NCBI RefSeq assembly: GCF_006345805.1
Contig: NC_042999.1
Coordinates: 136,834,001 to 136,898,000 of the forward strand
Reading direction: 5' to 3'
Length of the DNA: 64,000 nucleotides
From: Octopus sinensis
Lineage: Eukaryota
The position numbers and the translations under genes are program-made. Positions 25,397 to 40,502 of the stretch are shown one piece after another (the stretch's first letter is position 1; each line of letters opens with the position of its first letter). The notes beneath the pieces are model-generated. The model searched no databases. It was given only the letters and a program-made list of their open reading frames with translations, and had not been told where the DNA came from.

Positions 25397-25989
25397 TAAC
25401 ATGCACATATGTATCATTTTGATGGAACAGTAAATTGAACTAAATACATAAATCCAACCCATGCCAGTATGGAAAATGAATATTTAATGATGATGTGTGT
25501 GTGTGTTGGACATGAAACAGACTATAGGCTGCTCAAATTGTCTTAGAAGAACTTTTTCTTATAAACAATTTAGGTGTAAGTGCACCACTAGACCAGGAAT
25601 GAATGACATCATTGGACTGTAGTATTCATGCACTTCTGTGTTATTATGCTTCAAATTACTTTCAAATTTCATTGTCCTGCTTGGATTACATTTCTTTAAG
25701 TAATTTCTTCCAACATGCCATCATGAATTATATTATGTTTTTTTAAGGTTGTATCATTAGACTCTAAGAAGGAAAATATTGAAGTAAATTTTCACAAATT
25801 TTTTGTTAAATGAAGCATACATTACTTTTTGCAAAAATTCTCAGAAAAGATGGATGAGAAAACTGTAGCTATAGTATAAATATATGCTTATTGGTATAGT
25901 GCTAAATTAATGGTGAGTGAGATACATGAAGAATATTTGTGATTCCTGTGTTACAGTAAAAATCTTGACATCAGCAATACAATACTTTG

Positions 25990-26119
25990 ACTAGAAAAGC
26001 ACTCGGAGAGCACAGACCTCCACCAAGCAGCTCATTTCCACCCATATACATGCATGCGGAAAATCACCCAATTCCCCAAACCAGCGCTGGCAAAAACATA
26101 ACCTCCTTGGCAGGGGTAA
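25990..26119 (+). mobile_element. Short non-autonomous element with subterminal IR and 3' hairpin (Helentron/HINE-like)
   Basis: 5' ACTAGAAAAGCACTCGGAGAGCACAGACCTCCACCAAG and 3' AACATAACCTCCTTGGCAGGGGTAA. A related 3' end lies at 27489-27511. Confidence 0.45.
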
Positions 26120-26333
26120 AAAAAAATAACACAGTCACTTTCACCACCACAACCAGTATAACTATTACAATACCACCATCACACAACTAACACTATCATC
26201 AGCACCACTATTACCACCATCACCTCAGCATCACACATCACACCACTCCTGTCGCCATTATAACCACCAATACTATTTTATCCTCCTCCCATACTTATCT
26301 CGACCATCGTCATCATCAACACTGTATCTGTTT

Positions 26334-26399
26334 TCACCACAATCACCATCAAAACTATGATCACCACAATCACCATCAAAACTATGATCACCACAATCA
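26334..26399. repeat. 27-bp tandem repeat x ~2.4
   Basis: tcaccacaatcaccatcaaaactatga repeated exactly. Confidence 0.95.
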
Positions 26400-26640
26400 G
26401 TTTCTTTACACTCATGGGAGCGAGATTGTTTCAAATTTTTGATTTTTCTAATTTCGGAGTTCTTTATAAAAAATTTTTAAAATTGCATCTACAAAATGGA
26501 ACAGTTTGAGGATAGAAACCAGGTCTAAACTCAATATCTTATAGACATACTCTGAATGTAGTTCTATATAAATCTTTAATAATTTTTTTTATACTTAAGA
26601 CCATCTGCCCACGTTGTCATGCTTTGATTAATAGGTTACA

Positions 26641-27131
26641 GCATAGATTAGATTATTTAGATAAGTTTTGGCCGAAGTTGACTCAGGCCATGTCTAATTT
26701 AATTGCACCACCTGGAAGAGATACACAGTCAGCTCTGGGGGAACCGTAGCACACTCAAGCAGAGGGTTATTGTTTTCAGAGACATATCTGGGTGTGGGTA
26801 GTTTATCTGGTATTTGTTGTGGGTTATCATCCAGGGATCGTTTGAATGCCGTGAAGTCACTTTCCTCCTTTATGTGTGTCTGGCACGATGTTGAAGAGAG
26901 CAGAGCCAATTGAGGTGAAATAGTTCTGTTATAGTGTTGTGATACAACATGCACATTTCTGTAGTGGACGGATGGCACAGGGGCCAAGCCTCAGGTGAAT
27001 TTTAAAGATGGACAATGTTGATGGGATATTTTCCACATCATACCGAAGATATAGAGCTCTTAGCGGCAGTGGATGGAGCAAAGCCTGAGCTTTTTGAGTT
27101 GATCCCAATAGTCAAGGCTTGTCACGTCATC
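26641..27131 (-). mobile_element. CR1-like LINE 3' fragment
   Basis: Homologous to 40505-41000 (HLRLGPCAIRPLQK vs HPRLGPRAIRPKQK) and shares the terminal CAGGCCATGTCTAA..TAAT.GCACCACCTGG motif. Confidence 0.82.
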
Positions 27132-27873
27132 CTCCGCAGACCTTGGCCAAGCAGTTCATTTTAAGGTAGATACACTAGTAAAATTACTAATAGAGAAATG
27201 AGAATAAACTTTGGAATCAGCAACGCCACCATAGGTTACGTGGAAACAATGAATGTGTTTTCAAGGGAGATGATCAAAGAACATTACATTATAATACTTC
27301 ATGTAAAGTAGATATAACAAATAGAAAATCCTTCAAAAATCCATTAAAATTCCTGGATCACTACCGAAATTTCATCATCTGTTCCTTATGTCATTACCAA
27401 CTTTTCCTGCAAGTTTCATCAAATAACTTTCACAACTTTTTGAGTTATTTTGCACACACACGGACAAACCAATACCAATGAAAACCTAACCTCCTTCCTT
27501 GGCAGAGGTAACTATGCAGCTGCTATATCGAAGCATTTCCTATCACTTTCAAGGTTTTACTTGTTTTGGTTTTTCACTTTTCATTTAGTTTTTGTTTATA
27601 TAGTAATACTTGTTAGTTGATCTCTTTTACTATTTTTCATTACACTCATTTTCACAATTTGATTCCTTCCATATTATTAGCTGCTATTGTAAAAGTTAAA
27701 CTTATCATCATATGATCAGCATTATGACTTTAATCTCAAGCCATTGTACCTCTATTACAGTCAACAATCCACTACTATAATCACACACTATACTTCAACT
27801 ATAGTCAACATTCAATAACAGTCCACCACCTTAACCACACACTGTACTTTACTGTGGTCAATACTTCACCATC

Positions 27874-28088
27874 TTACCCCTTTAGCATTTAAACTAGCCA
27901 TATCCTACTCAAATATTATACCTGTTTTATGTTCAAACCAGCCATATCTGATGTCTCACAGCTACCCTACAATGTCATTCTAAAAATAAGCAATCACATC
28001 ATTAAAATCTCAAAGCTGTGAGATAATGCTCGATTATTTCAAAACAAATGAAGTATTACATTTGACAGAATAATCTGAATACTAAAGC
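27874..28088. mobile_element. MITE family F copy
   Basis: CCCCTTTAGCATTT start, family core and TCTGAATACTAAAG end. Confidence 0.72.
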
Positions 28089-30542
28089 ACAGACCATGTA
28101 CTCCTATGACTAATAGTTGAAAACTTTAACTACACAAAATCTTTTCCCCTTTCTATAGTTAGAAATGATTATGATAGCCAGTCTAGGTTTATAAAAAGGT
28201 TTAACAAAGTTATCATTTGTGCTTCTTGATATTATATTTTCAAGTAAGTTAATTATAATTTATCTTCTCCCTTAAATTTTTAATCCTAAAGCCTTTATCA
28301 ATTAAAGATTGCCTTAACGAACTTTTTGAATTAAAATTTGCCTATTGCAAATTTTTAAACCATTGGCTATACTCAGTTCTACAGAAAATTAATCATTACG
28401 ACAGTTTGTAATTGCTATATCGCCCATAAAGATTAAGTAGATGCTTTTTCTTTGAGCTATTAAATAGGTTTATAGCATTTTGAATCAAATTATTAATAAA
28501 ATTAATAGATATTTTGAACTTTTAATTAAGATATGAATTTTTCTTGCCCTATCTCTTTCAAAAAAAATTTATGTCTATCTAAAGTTTCTGTAAATTATTA
28601 TTAATCTAACAGTTCTGCTTACTTTTTCTTTTTTCTTCACTGAAATATTTATCAATATAGGTAGCCATATTGTTTAATATATTATTTTCCTTTATTCACA
28701 TTTTCGCATCCATTTTATTTATTAATTTTCATTTGACTTTAGTTTTCCATATCAATATACTCTTTAGTTTTTTTGTTTTGTTTTGATTTTTTTTTTGTTT
28801 TTAATTAGTGTTTAGTTTAAATTAGAGGAGCATTGTATATAGCTCTTGTAAACCTTCTAGACTTGTGAGGTTGATGTCATTTGATGTTCAGTTTGAACTT
28901 CTAAAAATCAATGTTGAGGTGGGAAGGAGAAGATTATGCACATAAAGTTATGGGTGAGACACAGGGTGACAAGAGCAGAGTTTGATACCATATACATACA
29001 TATTCCATAGGTTTGGGGGGGGGGGGGAAATAACATGCAATTTGCTGTTTCCATTGACTGACAACTGTTAGAGTAGCATTAAAAGAAACCATGTCACTGG
29101 CTATTTAGAATGTTTATGTAATAGTACCAAACTAGATACACAAGCCATATTCTAACTTGTGATTTCTAAAGAGTAAGTGATGAAATATGTCTACCTCTTA
29201 GAAGAAAGCCAGCCTTTTGGACACAGTATCGGCCACTAAACATGTTATACATACTTAGCTGTAAATAAGAAATGAGGAGTACTGGAAAATTGTTAGATGT
29301 CAGAGCACATTAAGAATGTTTGTGTTCTTTAATTTGCATGCAGTAGTCTAATATCTCGACTGCTCAACCACTGCACCTCATTCAGATTCTTAATCTTCTT
29401 CCAAGTTCTCCTGATATATATTATAAGTATCACATGTGTATGTGTAGATGTATAGGTACCAGTAGTAGTTGTAGTAATCCTTTCTACTATAAGCACAAGA
29501 CCTGAAATTTGTGCAGAGTGGGTACGTCAATCCCAGTGACCCCAGTACTTGACTGATACTTAATATAAATACGAGCAAAATGAAAAAGTAAATTACTTTC
29601 AATTCAGTATAAGCTTGACGTATTAATGTATGAAAATCAGTGTATAATTCAGCATTTGATATTAGACAGGCACAATATTCACTACCAGGTAGACAGAAAC
29701 TGAAAAGAATCCCGTCATATATTTATATATCTGTGTGCGTGTGTGTGTGTGTGTGTGTATGTCTCTGTGTTAGTGTTTGTCCCCCCATCACCACTTTACA
29801 ATTGGTGTTGGTGTGTTTACATCCTTGTAACTTAGCAGTTTGGCAAAAGAGACCAATAGAATAAGTACTAAGCTTTAAAAGAAATAAGTCCTGAGGTCAA
29901 TCAATTTGTTTGACTAAAAGACCCTTCAGAGTAGTGCTCCAGCATAACCACAGTCGACTGACTGGAACAACTAAAAGGATAAAAGAATAAAGAATCACTA
30001 TATTTTAATGCATGTTATGTACATATGTTTTTCTCTTATGGAGTTAAGAGTGTATGTTACATTGCATTTATATTTAGCTAGATTTTAGATATTTTACTTC
30101 ATATAAGTGTAAAAATTAATAATATCCAATGATCATTGAATGTTTCAATAGTTCAAGGCCAAAACAACCAATGATCATTGGATACCATCTGATGACATCA
30201 TTTCCTCTTGGTCAAAGCTACATTCACCAAAGGTGAGCAAAGAAGATTCTTCTTCCAGATTTTATCACTATCATTATATACATGTGGATAGGGGTAAATA
30301 TCTCTGTATAGTGTGTATGATGTGTGTGTTCATAAATATAAATACATATGTATGTAAACACAAGCTGTTTACAAAAATGCAAATATGCAATAATGTTGAT
30401 ATTTCTCTCATGCATATGTCTAATAGTGTCTAGATTTGTTTATATGCATATTTCTTACAACTGGCCTTTTGTTTATTCTACATGCATATATATATATATG
30501 TGTGTGTCTTTGAAAACAATCTGTTTTTACCAAAATAGTTTT

Positions 30543-30960
30543 GCAGGCATGGCAGTGTGGTAAGAAGTTTGCTTCCCAACCGCTTTAGTTCCAGATTCAG
30601 TCCCACTGCATGGAACCTAGGGCAAGTGTCTTCTACTATAGCCTCAGGCCAACAAAAGCCTTGTGAGTGGATTTGGTAGACAGAAACTGAAAGAAGTCCA
30701 TTGTATATATATATATATGTAGTTTTGTGTGTGTGTGTGTGTGTTTGCCCCCCCCCCAGTCATCACTTGACAACCAATGTTGATGTGTGATGTGTTTATG
30801 TCCGCATAACTTAGCAGTTCGGAAAAAGAGACCGATAGAATAAGTACTAGGCTTACAAAGAATAAGTCCTGGAGTCGATTTCTTTGGTTTAAAGACCCAT
30901 TAAGGCGGTGCTCCAGCATGACCACAGTCAAATGATTGAAGCAAGTAAAAGAATAAAAGA
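30543..30960 (+). mobile_element. SINE family B, full length
   Basis: A-box-like TGGCAGTGTGG, B-box-like GATTCAGTCCC, central TA/TG tract, core, and 3' AAAGAATAAAAGA. Partial copies at ~29765-29990, 35045-35205 and 49430-49830. Confidence 0.85.
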
Positions 30961-33900
30961 ATATTGTCTCATAGTGATAATATCTTTTATCAATAGTATA
31001 CTTTCTGAATGCCTGCTACCTACAGGTTTATGCATCCCCTGTTCATGATTAGTTACATATACGTATATAAGTATGTATATATAATGTTAATTCATTTGAA
31101 AATGAGGTTTCCATCCATTGTGTTGTTCTGAGTTTTGTGTTTCCTTTTCTTCTCTGTGACTCATGGAAACACGAATCTCAGTATAGCAACAAAGGAAAAG
31201 CCCTAACTTTAAATAAATTAATAAACTTTGTTGCATGCATTGTCTATGTTTTTTTAAAAATTTTTTTTATCCCTTTTGTAAATTGAAACACACATATATG
31301 TGGGAAGGTAGGGAAAGAGAGATTTAGTAGCAATAACTATAATATTGATTTCAAGTATTGGCACAAGGTCGCAACTGTTTAGTAGGTTATAGTCAATTAA
31401 ATCAACCCCAGTACTTTATTTTATTGATATCCTGAGAATGATGAAGGGCAAAGTTGACCTCATCAGGATTTAAATATTGATCTATATATTATCCATAATA
31501 GTGATTTTTCTTCTTTATTTTTTATGAAGTAGTTACTATCTGTAGATGCCTACCAGGCAATCTCAGAGATTTTGAATTACTATTTTACAAGCAAACTCTT
31601 CTAAATTCATGATCAAACCACTGTCTTGTCAGTTTTCTTAATAATGCAAGATGTAGTAAAGTTCAGCTTTGGTTGAAAGGACTGTGTGGACCCACATCCA
31701 CTGTTTTTGTTTTTTGTTTTCCCTTAAGATTTCACTCTAAGTATAAATAAATTGATCAAATACATCAATATTTATTCAGATCTTTATCTCTGTATTTGCA
31801 TTTGCTGTATCATTATAATCAGGAAATATCATGTGAACTATATTTCTGACATTGTTATGCATGTATATGTTTGCATGCATGCACATGCATACAGATGTCT
31901 GGGGGGCAATATATATGAGAGAGAGAACAAAAGTTGGTGTAATGCATGCTTAATAATCATCTTGCTGTCTCACCTTATAATTTTATTTAAATTCACTTTT
32001 ATCATTTGAACTAAATAGGATAGTTTCAGACAGATCAACTGTATAATTCTGAGTATTACTGAGGCACAAACATTACTCGCTCACATTCAAACATAGATAA
32101 AAACATGCCCAAAAGTACACTTGCTCAACATTAACATGCTTGCTCACTCACAAATGTGCTTGTGCATCTATTCACACTTTTACACACACTTAGACTTACA
32201 CATACTTGCTCGCTCACACTCACTCATGCTCCCACATACTTGGTCACATACATACTCACACTCGTACATGCTCACTATTACACTCCTTTTCTCATAGTCT
32301 CTCGCATGCTCATGTACTTATACATACTCTCACACACTTACACATGCATTTATATACACTCACTCTCACACATTCACACGCACAATTGCTAACACACATC
32401 CACAAAGACAGTTAAGATAGTGTCTGTCTGTCTGCCTGTCTTTCTTTTCCCTCTTTCAGTCAATCACATTTATTGATATAATAAATTGTAGATATTTCTG
32501 TCATGAATTTAACTAAGAGGAACACAATTGCCATAAGAATTCACATAATATCATTGGAAATATGAATCTAAGAGTAAATTGAAAAGAAAAGACTTCTAAT
32601 AATCTTTCTTTTATAGACAAAAAAATAGAGATCAATGAAAGGGTCATGATAATAACCTATTTTGATATAGGCAATATGTATGGCTGATAGAGATGGATCA
32701 GACTATGTAGTATCAAACTAAATGTTTAGTTTTGTCTGAGATCAAGTCATACTTAGTGGGACTCTACTTTTTACTGTTACAGAGTTGATGAAAGAATTAA
32801 CAGTTAGATGCTATGTTTGATTCAATAGGATCTCTTTCAAGAACTTTCCTTGTACTAAGTTGAAGGAAATCATTACTAATACTATCTAAATAGGGTAAAT
32901 TAAGTAGTTGCTTCTAAGCGAGAGGTTCTGTGAGGAAAATACAAAAATTAAAAGTTTTATGTAAATAAACTTAATGGTATTATGGGTAACTAATATTTAT
33001 TTTTGTTCTATAGGCTAATCTATATATATGTTCTAGATTTTAGCTTAAGCTACTTTTAGTTGAAGCTGTCTCTCAATAAGTTCGTTACTTTGCTAATTCA
33101 AAAACCAACCACTAATTTTACTTAAATATTTTTTATGTAGATTGTCTTTCCAATTAATAGACCAGCTTTGTATAATTTTTTGTTATTTTCCTGAAAAGAG
33201 GACCTTGTTCCCCAGAATGTTGTTTAAAATAAGTATGTAGTACAACAGCTATAAATTGAAGATAGTTTAGCTATGAGCAAAGTAACTGATGCGAACCAAG
33301 AACATTATTTCTGCAAATATATTTTACCATTAATGAACTCTTTTTACTCTGCCAATATTTGCCGTTTTGCATATTTGCTTCATTTCATTCATCACTACTT
33401 CAGCTAGAACAAAGAGGGCATACTTCAGTAATGTCCAGAGTCAACTCCTTTACTTGCCAGATGTTAAAAAAAATTTTTAATAAGTCTTTGAGTAATACTA
33501 TCCCCCCCCCCCCACACACATTTATTTCTAGTTAACTTCTTAAAACTCCATAATCTTTTGTATTTTGAAATGAATGCTGTCTCTGAATCATTTTATTCTG
33601 TTTGCTTTTTTTTTAAACTTATTTAAGAATAGATCAAGTTTCTGTTTTATTTTTAATAAAGTAATAAAAAAATTCGAAGACCATTAAAGCATGAAAGTAT
33701 TAAATTAAACTGTTTTAAACACTGTAAAGGTGCAAAACATAAAATAATTCAGTAAAATGCAAAATATGGCAATAATACACTAAAGTTTGTCAGCCTCAGT
33801 TTTATTGGTTCTGTCTGTTTCACCTTTCTATAATCTTTATGATGCAAAAGATTTCAGGTTGGTTGTCTGCCAATCCCTCTTCTTTACTCTTCAGTTAGTC

Positions 33901-35930
33901 TAGCTCTTTTTGATTATTACTCTATATAACTCCTTCTAGTGTTTTTATTTCAGGTGTCTCTATTGTTACCATTCTGCCTTTTTTTCAAAAGTGTTCCTAC
34001 TGTCATCATGCCTTTTGTTTGAAAAGTACTCCAACTGTAATAAACCACTCTTTGTTTTAAGATCATTCCAAACATAACCGCCTGCATTCCAAGCATGACT
34101 TTCACATCCTTTTTCTTTCAAGCCAAAATCTCCTGCATGTTACACTCTACCATTTTTTTAAAGACACACTTGCTAATTTAGTCTGATGTACACTATGCTT
34201 GAAAAGTAAATGATAGGTTAGTCATGGGTGCTATATATTTCATCATGAGTCTTCTAGATCACAGCTGACTTGGGGCTAAGCAATAATTATCAATCAATAG
34301 ATGTATCCTGTACATTTATAGTTTCATGTTTAGAGTTTGCACTGCCTTGATTTTTTTCATAAGAAAAACATCATTGGATAAATCATAATAAATATTTGTA
34401 CATTTTTCTTTTCAAGATAAAGTTGTATGTTGTACAAATTATTGAATCAACTGTTATAATGATATAATGAAACTGTTGTGTGTGAAACTGTTGTGTAGAT
34501 ATGTAAGTTGAAGCAAATAGGAGAATATGCAACACAAAATAATTCCAATATCAATGGTTTGTGTTACCTAAGTAGATTTATGCATTAACCAAATGGTTCT
34601 TTTCATGCTTTAACACTTTAATTTAACATTTCTTCAAATATTTATTATACAATCATTATTTTATTATCTCTGTCCATAACAAGTTCATTATTACAGTTTT
34701 CATAAAAAAAATTTTTAGTGCATTTATATTTTTTCTTTCAATTTTGCTTTCAAACATAATTAAATTGGTGCTTATGTTAATATAAGTAAGAATGTTCTGT
34801 AATTCTTTGTAGATCACTTTAATTTTATTAGTGATTCTCTTATGTTTGCTATGTTCCATAAATAATGAACTTTATCACTTCTTCAACCATTTAACCATAT
34901 TGTTTGTGAAGTGTTATGAAGCTATGTTTGACAGCAAACTTGATGCTTTCCATTGCAAATTATCATTCCATTATTATTCTCACATTTCTCACACACAAAT
35001 ATCTTTAATATGAGCCAAACAGTATTTTAACACTTCAATCTTCAGGTGCAAGCACAACCATGTTTGAGAAATTTGCTTTGTAAGCATAGGGTGGTGAGTT
35101 CATTCCCACTGCATGGCATCATATACAAGTGTCTTCTACCATAACCTTAGTCTGACTGATACCTTATGCGTGAATTTTAGTTGTTGGAAACTGTATGGAA
35201 GCCCATGTTATATATTAATGTGGAAGAAGTGTTTGTTTCTATTTTTCTTTGCACTGACACTACTTCAGTAGTAAGTTCAATGTGTAAACACCAGTAGTAA
35301 AAGTATCATATTGGAAAAACATGTAAGAGTTGACGTCATGAAGTGCATCTGGTCAAAGAATACTACCTCTAGAAGTCTAATCCAATCCATTACAGGAAGG
35401 AAAGATGTCACTGTAAAAGCAAAATGAATCTTTTACAAGTTGTACAGCTTATGGTTGCTACAAAAGTCCAATCTTGCCTTTCATTCTATTTTGTATATAC
35501 CACATGACAATATGGTTCGGTGGCCCTTTTGTTGATGTTTCTTTTGCAAATGTGTAGTGGGGAGATGCATCCTCTCTTAGTAGCTAAACTGTCACTCATT
35601 AATAGTTGTAAGTCGAAGAATGATGTTAATTATTCTTTACAGTCTGAATTGTGTTGCTCTCTTTTATTAGTTGAGGGCTGGTTGTCAGTGCAGTTACAAG
35701 AAGAAAATATTATTTAAATCTCTCAAAACAAAAATAAAAGCAGAAAGAACTCAGTCACATCAATCATATTGTAAAACATTTCTCATACATCTATCAATAT
35801 ATTATGTCAGTCAGACATCATTGCATTTCTTATCTATTAATATTCTATGATTTGAGTTTTACAGAACATTAATCTGTAAGCATCAATACTATACCATTTA
35901 ACTTTTAAAATTCCACTGATTTCTTTACAG

Positions 35931-36053
35931 AAACAATGCCACTTGGAAAAGGTTTTGAAGGATGTATTTTCCGAATGCAAGTTCAAAATATTTTTCCATT
36001 AAAACGTGCTTTTCAAGATCCTCGTCCATCTTACATAAGTGTAGAACCTGAAG
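35931..36053 (+). CDS. Nrx-IV: Neurexin IV/Caspr-like exon E (end of laminin-G)
   Basis: ttctttacag|AA ... GAAG|gtaagt, 123 nt, phase 1-1. Encodes (K)TMPLGKGFEGCIFRMQVQNIFPLKRAFQDPRPSYISVEPE. GF.GC and I.PLK..FQ are typical of Caspr/Nrx-IV LamG4. An N-K-T sequon forms across the D/E junction. Confidence 0.92.
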
Positions 36054-36290
36054 GTAAGTCAATTGCTTTGAAAATACTCTCTCAGACCTGAATATATTTT
36101 AGTATGTTAATATTTTTCCTATATTCAGTTTACAGGTTCACTCAGACACGCAAAGTTTATTGCCAACTTATTCTATTGATTTATCACTTCATATCAAAAG
36201 AAATCATAGCTATACCCACAACTCTTATCATACTGTACTTATTTATTATCTGATTGCTATATTACCTTTGGAATGAAACACATTTAACAC

Positions 36291-36301
36291 TATATATATA
36301 C

Positions 36302-36335
<34 letters not shown>

Positions 36336-36762
36336 ATGTGTGTGTGTGTGTGTATGTGTGTGTGTGTATATATGTGTGTGTGTGTATATGTGTGTGTGTA
36401 TATGTGTGTGTGTGTATATGTGTGTGTGTATATGTGTGTGTGTATATGTGTGTGTGTATATGTGTGTGTGTATGTGTGTGTATATGTGTGTGTGTATGTG
36501 TGTGTGTGTATATGTGTGTGTATGTATATATGTACGTATGTGTATATGTACGTATGTGTATATGTACGTATGTGTATATGTACGTATGTGTATATGTACG
36601 TATGTGTATATGTACGTATGTGTATATGTACGTATGTGTATATGTACGTATGTGTATATGTACATATGTGTATATGTACATATGTGTATATGTACATATG
36701 TGTATATGTACATATGTGTATATGTACATATGTGTATATGTACATATGTGTATATGTATATA

Positions 36763-36821
<59 letters not shown>

Positions 36822-38664
36822 GTATATATATGTATGTATATGTATGTATATGTGTATGTATGTATATGTGTATATATATGTTATATATGTATATATATAT
36901 ATGTATATATATATATGTATATATATATGTATATATATATATATGTATATATATGTGTATATATATGTGTATATATATGTGTATATATATATGTGTGTAT
37001 ATATATGTATATATATATATGTATATATATATGTATATATATATGTGTATATATATATGTATATATATATGTATATATATATGTGTATATATATATGTGT
37101 ATATATATATGTGTATATATATATGTATATATATATGTATATATATATGTATATATATATGTATATATGTATATGTATATATGTATATATATATATGTAT
37201 ATGTATATATGTATATATGTATATATATATATATGTATATATATATATGTATATATATATATGTATATATATATATGTATATATATATATGTATATGTAT
37301 ATATGTATATATGTATATATGTATATATATATATGTATATATATATATAATATATATGTATATATATAATATATATATATATATGTATATATATATGTAT
37401 ATATATATGTATATATATATGTATATATGTATATATATATGTATATATATATATGTATATATATGTATATGTATATATATGTATATATATGTATATATAT
37501 ATATGTATATATATGTATATGTATATATATATGTATATATATGTATATATATATATGTATATATATATGTGTATATATATATGTATATATATATGTATAT
37601 ATATGTATATATATATATATGTATGTATATGTATATATATATGTATATATATATGTATATATATATATGTATGTATATATGTATGTATATATGTATATAT
37701 ATATGTATATATATATGTATATGTATATATGTGTATATGTATATATGTATATATATGTATATATGTATATATATGTATATGTGTATATATGTATATGTAT
37801 ATATATGTATATGTATGTATATGTATGTATATGTATATATATGTATATGTGTATATATGTATATATATGTATATGTATGTATATGTATATATATGTATAT
37901 ATATGTATATGTGTATATATGTATGTATATGTATATATATGTATATGTATATATATGTATATGTATATATATGTATATGTATGTATATGTATGTATATGT
38001 ATATATATGTATATGTGTATATATGTATATATATGTATGTGTATATATGTATATGTGTATATATGTATATATATGTATATATGTATATATATGTATGTAT
38101 ATATGTATATATATGTGTATATATATGTATGTATATATGTATATATATGTGTATATATATGTATGTATATATGTATATATATGTGTATATATGTATATAT
38201 ATATGTATATGTATATATGTGTATGTATATATATGTATATGTATATATATATGTATATATGTATATGTATATATGTATGTATATATGTATGTATATATAT
38301 ATGTGTATATATATATATGTGTATATATATATGTGTATATATATATGTGCATATATATATATGTGTATATATATATGTGTATATATATATGTGTATATAT
38401 ATATGTATATATATGTGTATATATATATGTATATATATATGTGTGTATATATATGTATATATGTGTATATATATATGTGTATATATATTGTATATATATA
38501 TGTGTATATATATATGTATATATATATGTGTATATATATATGTGTATATATATATTTATAATATATATATTATATATATATATATGTTATATATATATAT
38601 ATGTGTATATATATGTATATATATATATGTATATATATGTATATGTTATGTATATATATGTATA

Positions 38665-38696
<32 letters not shown>

Positions 38697-39605
38697 GTGT
38701 ATGTATATATGTGTATATTATATGTATATATATATATGTGTATATATATATAGTGTATATATATGTATATATATATATGTGTATATATATATGTATATAT
38801 AGGTATATATTATATGTGTATATATTATATATATATGTGTGTATATATATATGTGTATATATATATATATGTATATATATATGTGTATATATATGTGTAT
38901 ATATATGTATGTATATATGTATATATATATGTGTATATATATATGTGTATATATTGTATGTATATATATGTATGTATATATATGTATACATATATATGTA
39001 TGTATATATGTATGTATATGTATATACATATGTATATATATATGTATATATGTATATATATATATGTATATATATATATATGTATATATATGTATATGTA
39101 TATATATGTATATGTATATATATGTATATGTATATATATGTATATGTATATATATGTATATGTATATATATGTATATGTATATATGTATGTATATGTATG
39201 TATATATATGTATATATATGTATGTATATGTATATATATATGTATGTATATGTATATATATGTATATATATGTATATATATATGTATATATATGTATATA
39301 TATGTATATGTATATATATATATATGTATGTATATGTATATATATATATGTATGTATATGTATATATATATATGTATGTATATGTATATATATATGTATG
39401 TATATGTATATATATATGTATGTATATGTATATATATGTATGTATATGTATATATATGTATGTATATATATATATATATATGTACGTATATATATATGTA
39501 TGTATATGTATGTATGTATATGTATATATATATATGTATGTATATGTATATGTATGTATATATATGTATGTATATGTATATATATATATATATGTATATA
39601 TATGT

Positions 39606-39636
<31 letters not shown>

Positions 39637-40209
39637 TGTATATGTATGTATATATATATGTGTATATGTATGTATATATATGTATGTATATGTATGTATA
39701 TATATGTATGTATATGTATATATTTATATGTATGTATATGTATATATATGTGTATATATATATATGTGTATATATATATGTATATATATATATGTGTATA
39801 TGTATATATATATATGTGTATATGTATATATATATATGTGTATATGTATATTATATATATGTATATGTATATATGTATATGTATATGTGTATATAATATT
39901 GTATATATATATATGTTATATATATATGTATATATATATATGTGTATATATATATATATATGTATATATATGTATGTATATATATATGTGTATATATATA
40001 TATGTATATATATGTATGTATATATATATGTATGTATATATATATGTATATATATGTATATGCATATATATATATGTATATATATGTATATGTATATATA
40101 TATATGTATATGTATATATATATGTATGTATATGTATATATATATGTATGTATATGTATATATATGTATGTATATGTATATATATGTATGTATATGTATA
40201 TATATATGT

Positions 40210-40241
<32 letters not shown>

Positions 40242-40500
40242 GTATATGTATGTATATGTATATATATGTATATGTATGTATATATATGTATATGTATGTA
40301 TATATATGTATATGTATGTATATACATGTATATATGTATATGTATGTATATACATGTATATATGTATATGTATATATATATATGTATATATGTATATATA
40401 TATATGTATATATATATATGTATATGTATATATATGTATATATATATATATGTATATGTATATATATGTATATATATATATGTATATATATATATATGTA
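36291..40500. repeat. ~4.2-kb TG/TA/TATG microsatellite array
   Basis: Read directly; begins ~240 nt after the exon E donor. Confidence 0.98.
36529..36752. repeat. 16-bp minisatellite x14 inside the array
   Basis: 8 copies of tatgtacgtatgtgta followed by 6 copies of tatgtacatatgtgta. Confidence 0.93.
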
Positions 40501-40502
40501 TA

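Noticed and set aside
29014-29027. Poly-G run (also poly-C near 30750, 33505 and 60530)
   Set aside because: Isolated homopolymers with no four-tract G-quadruplex pattern.
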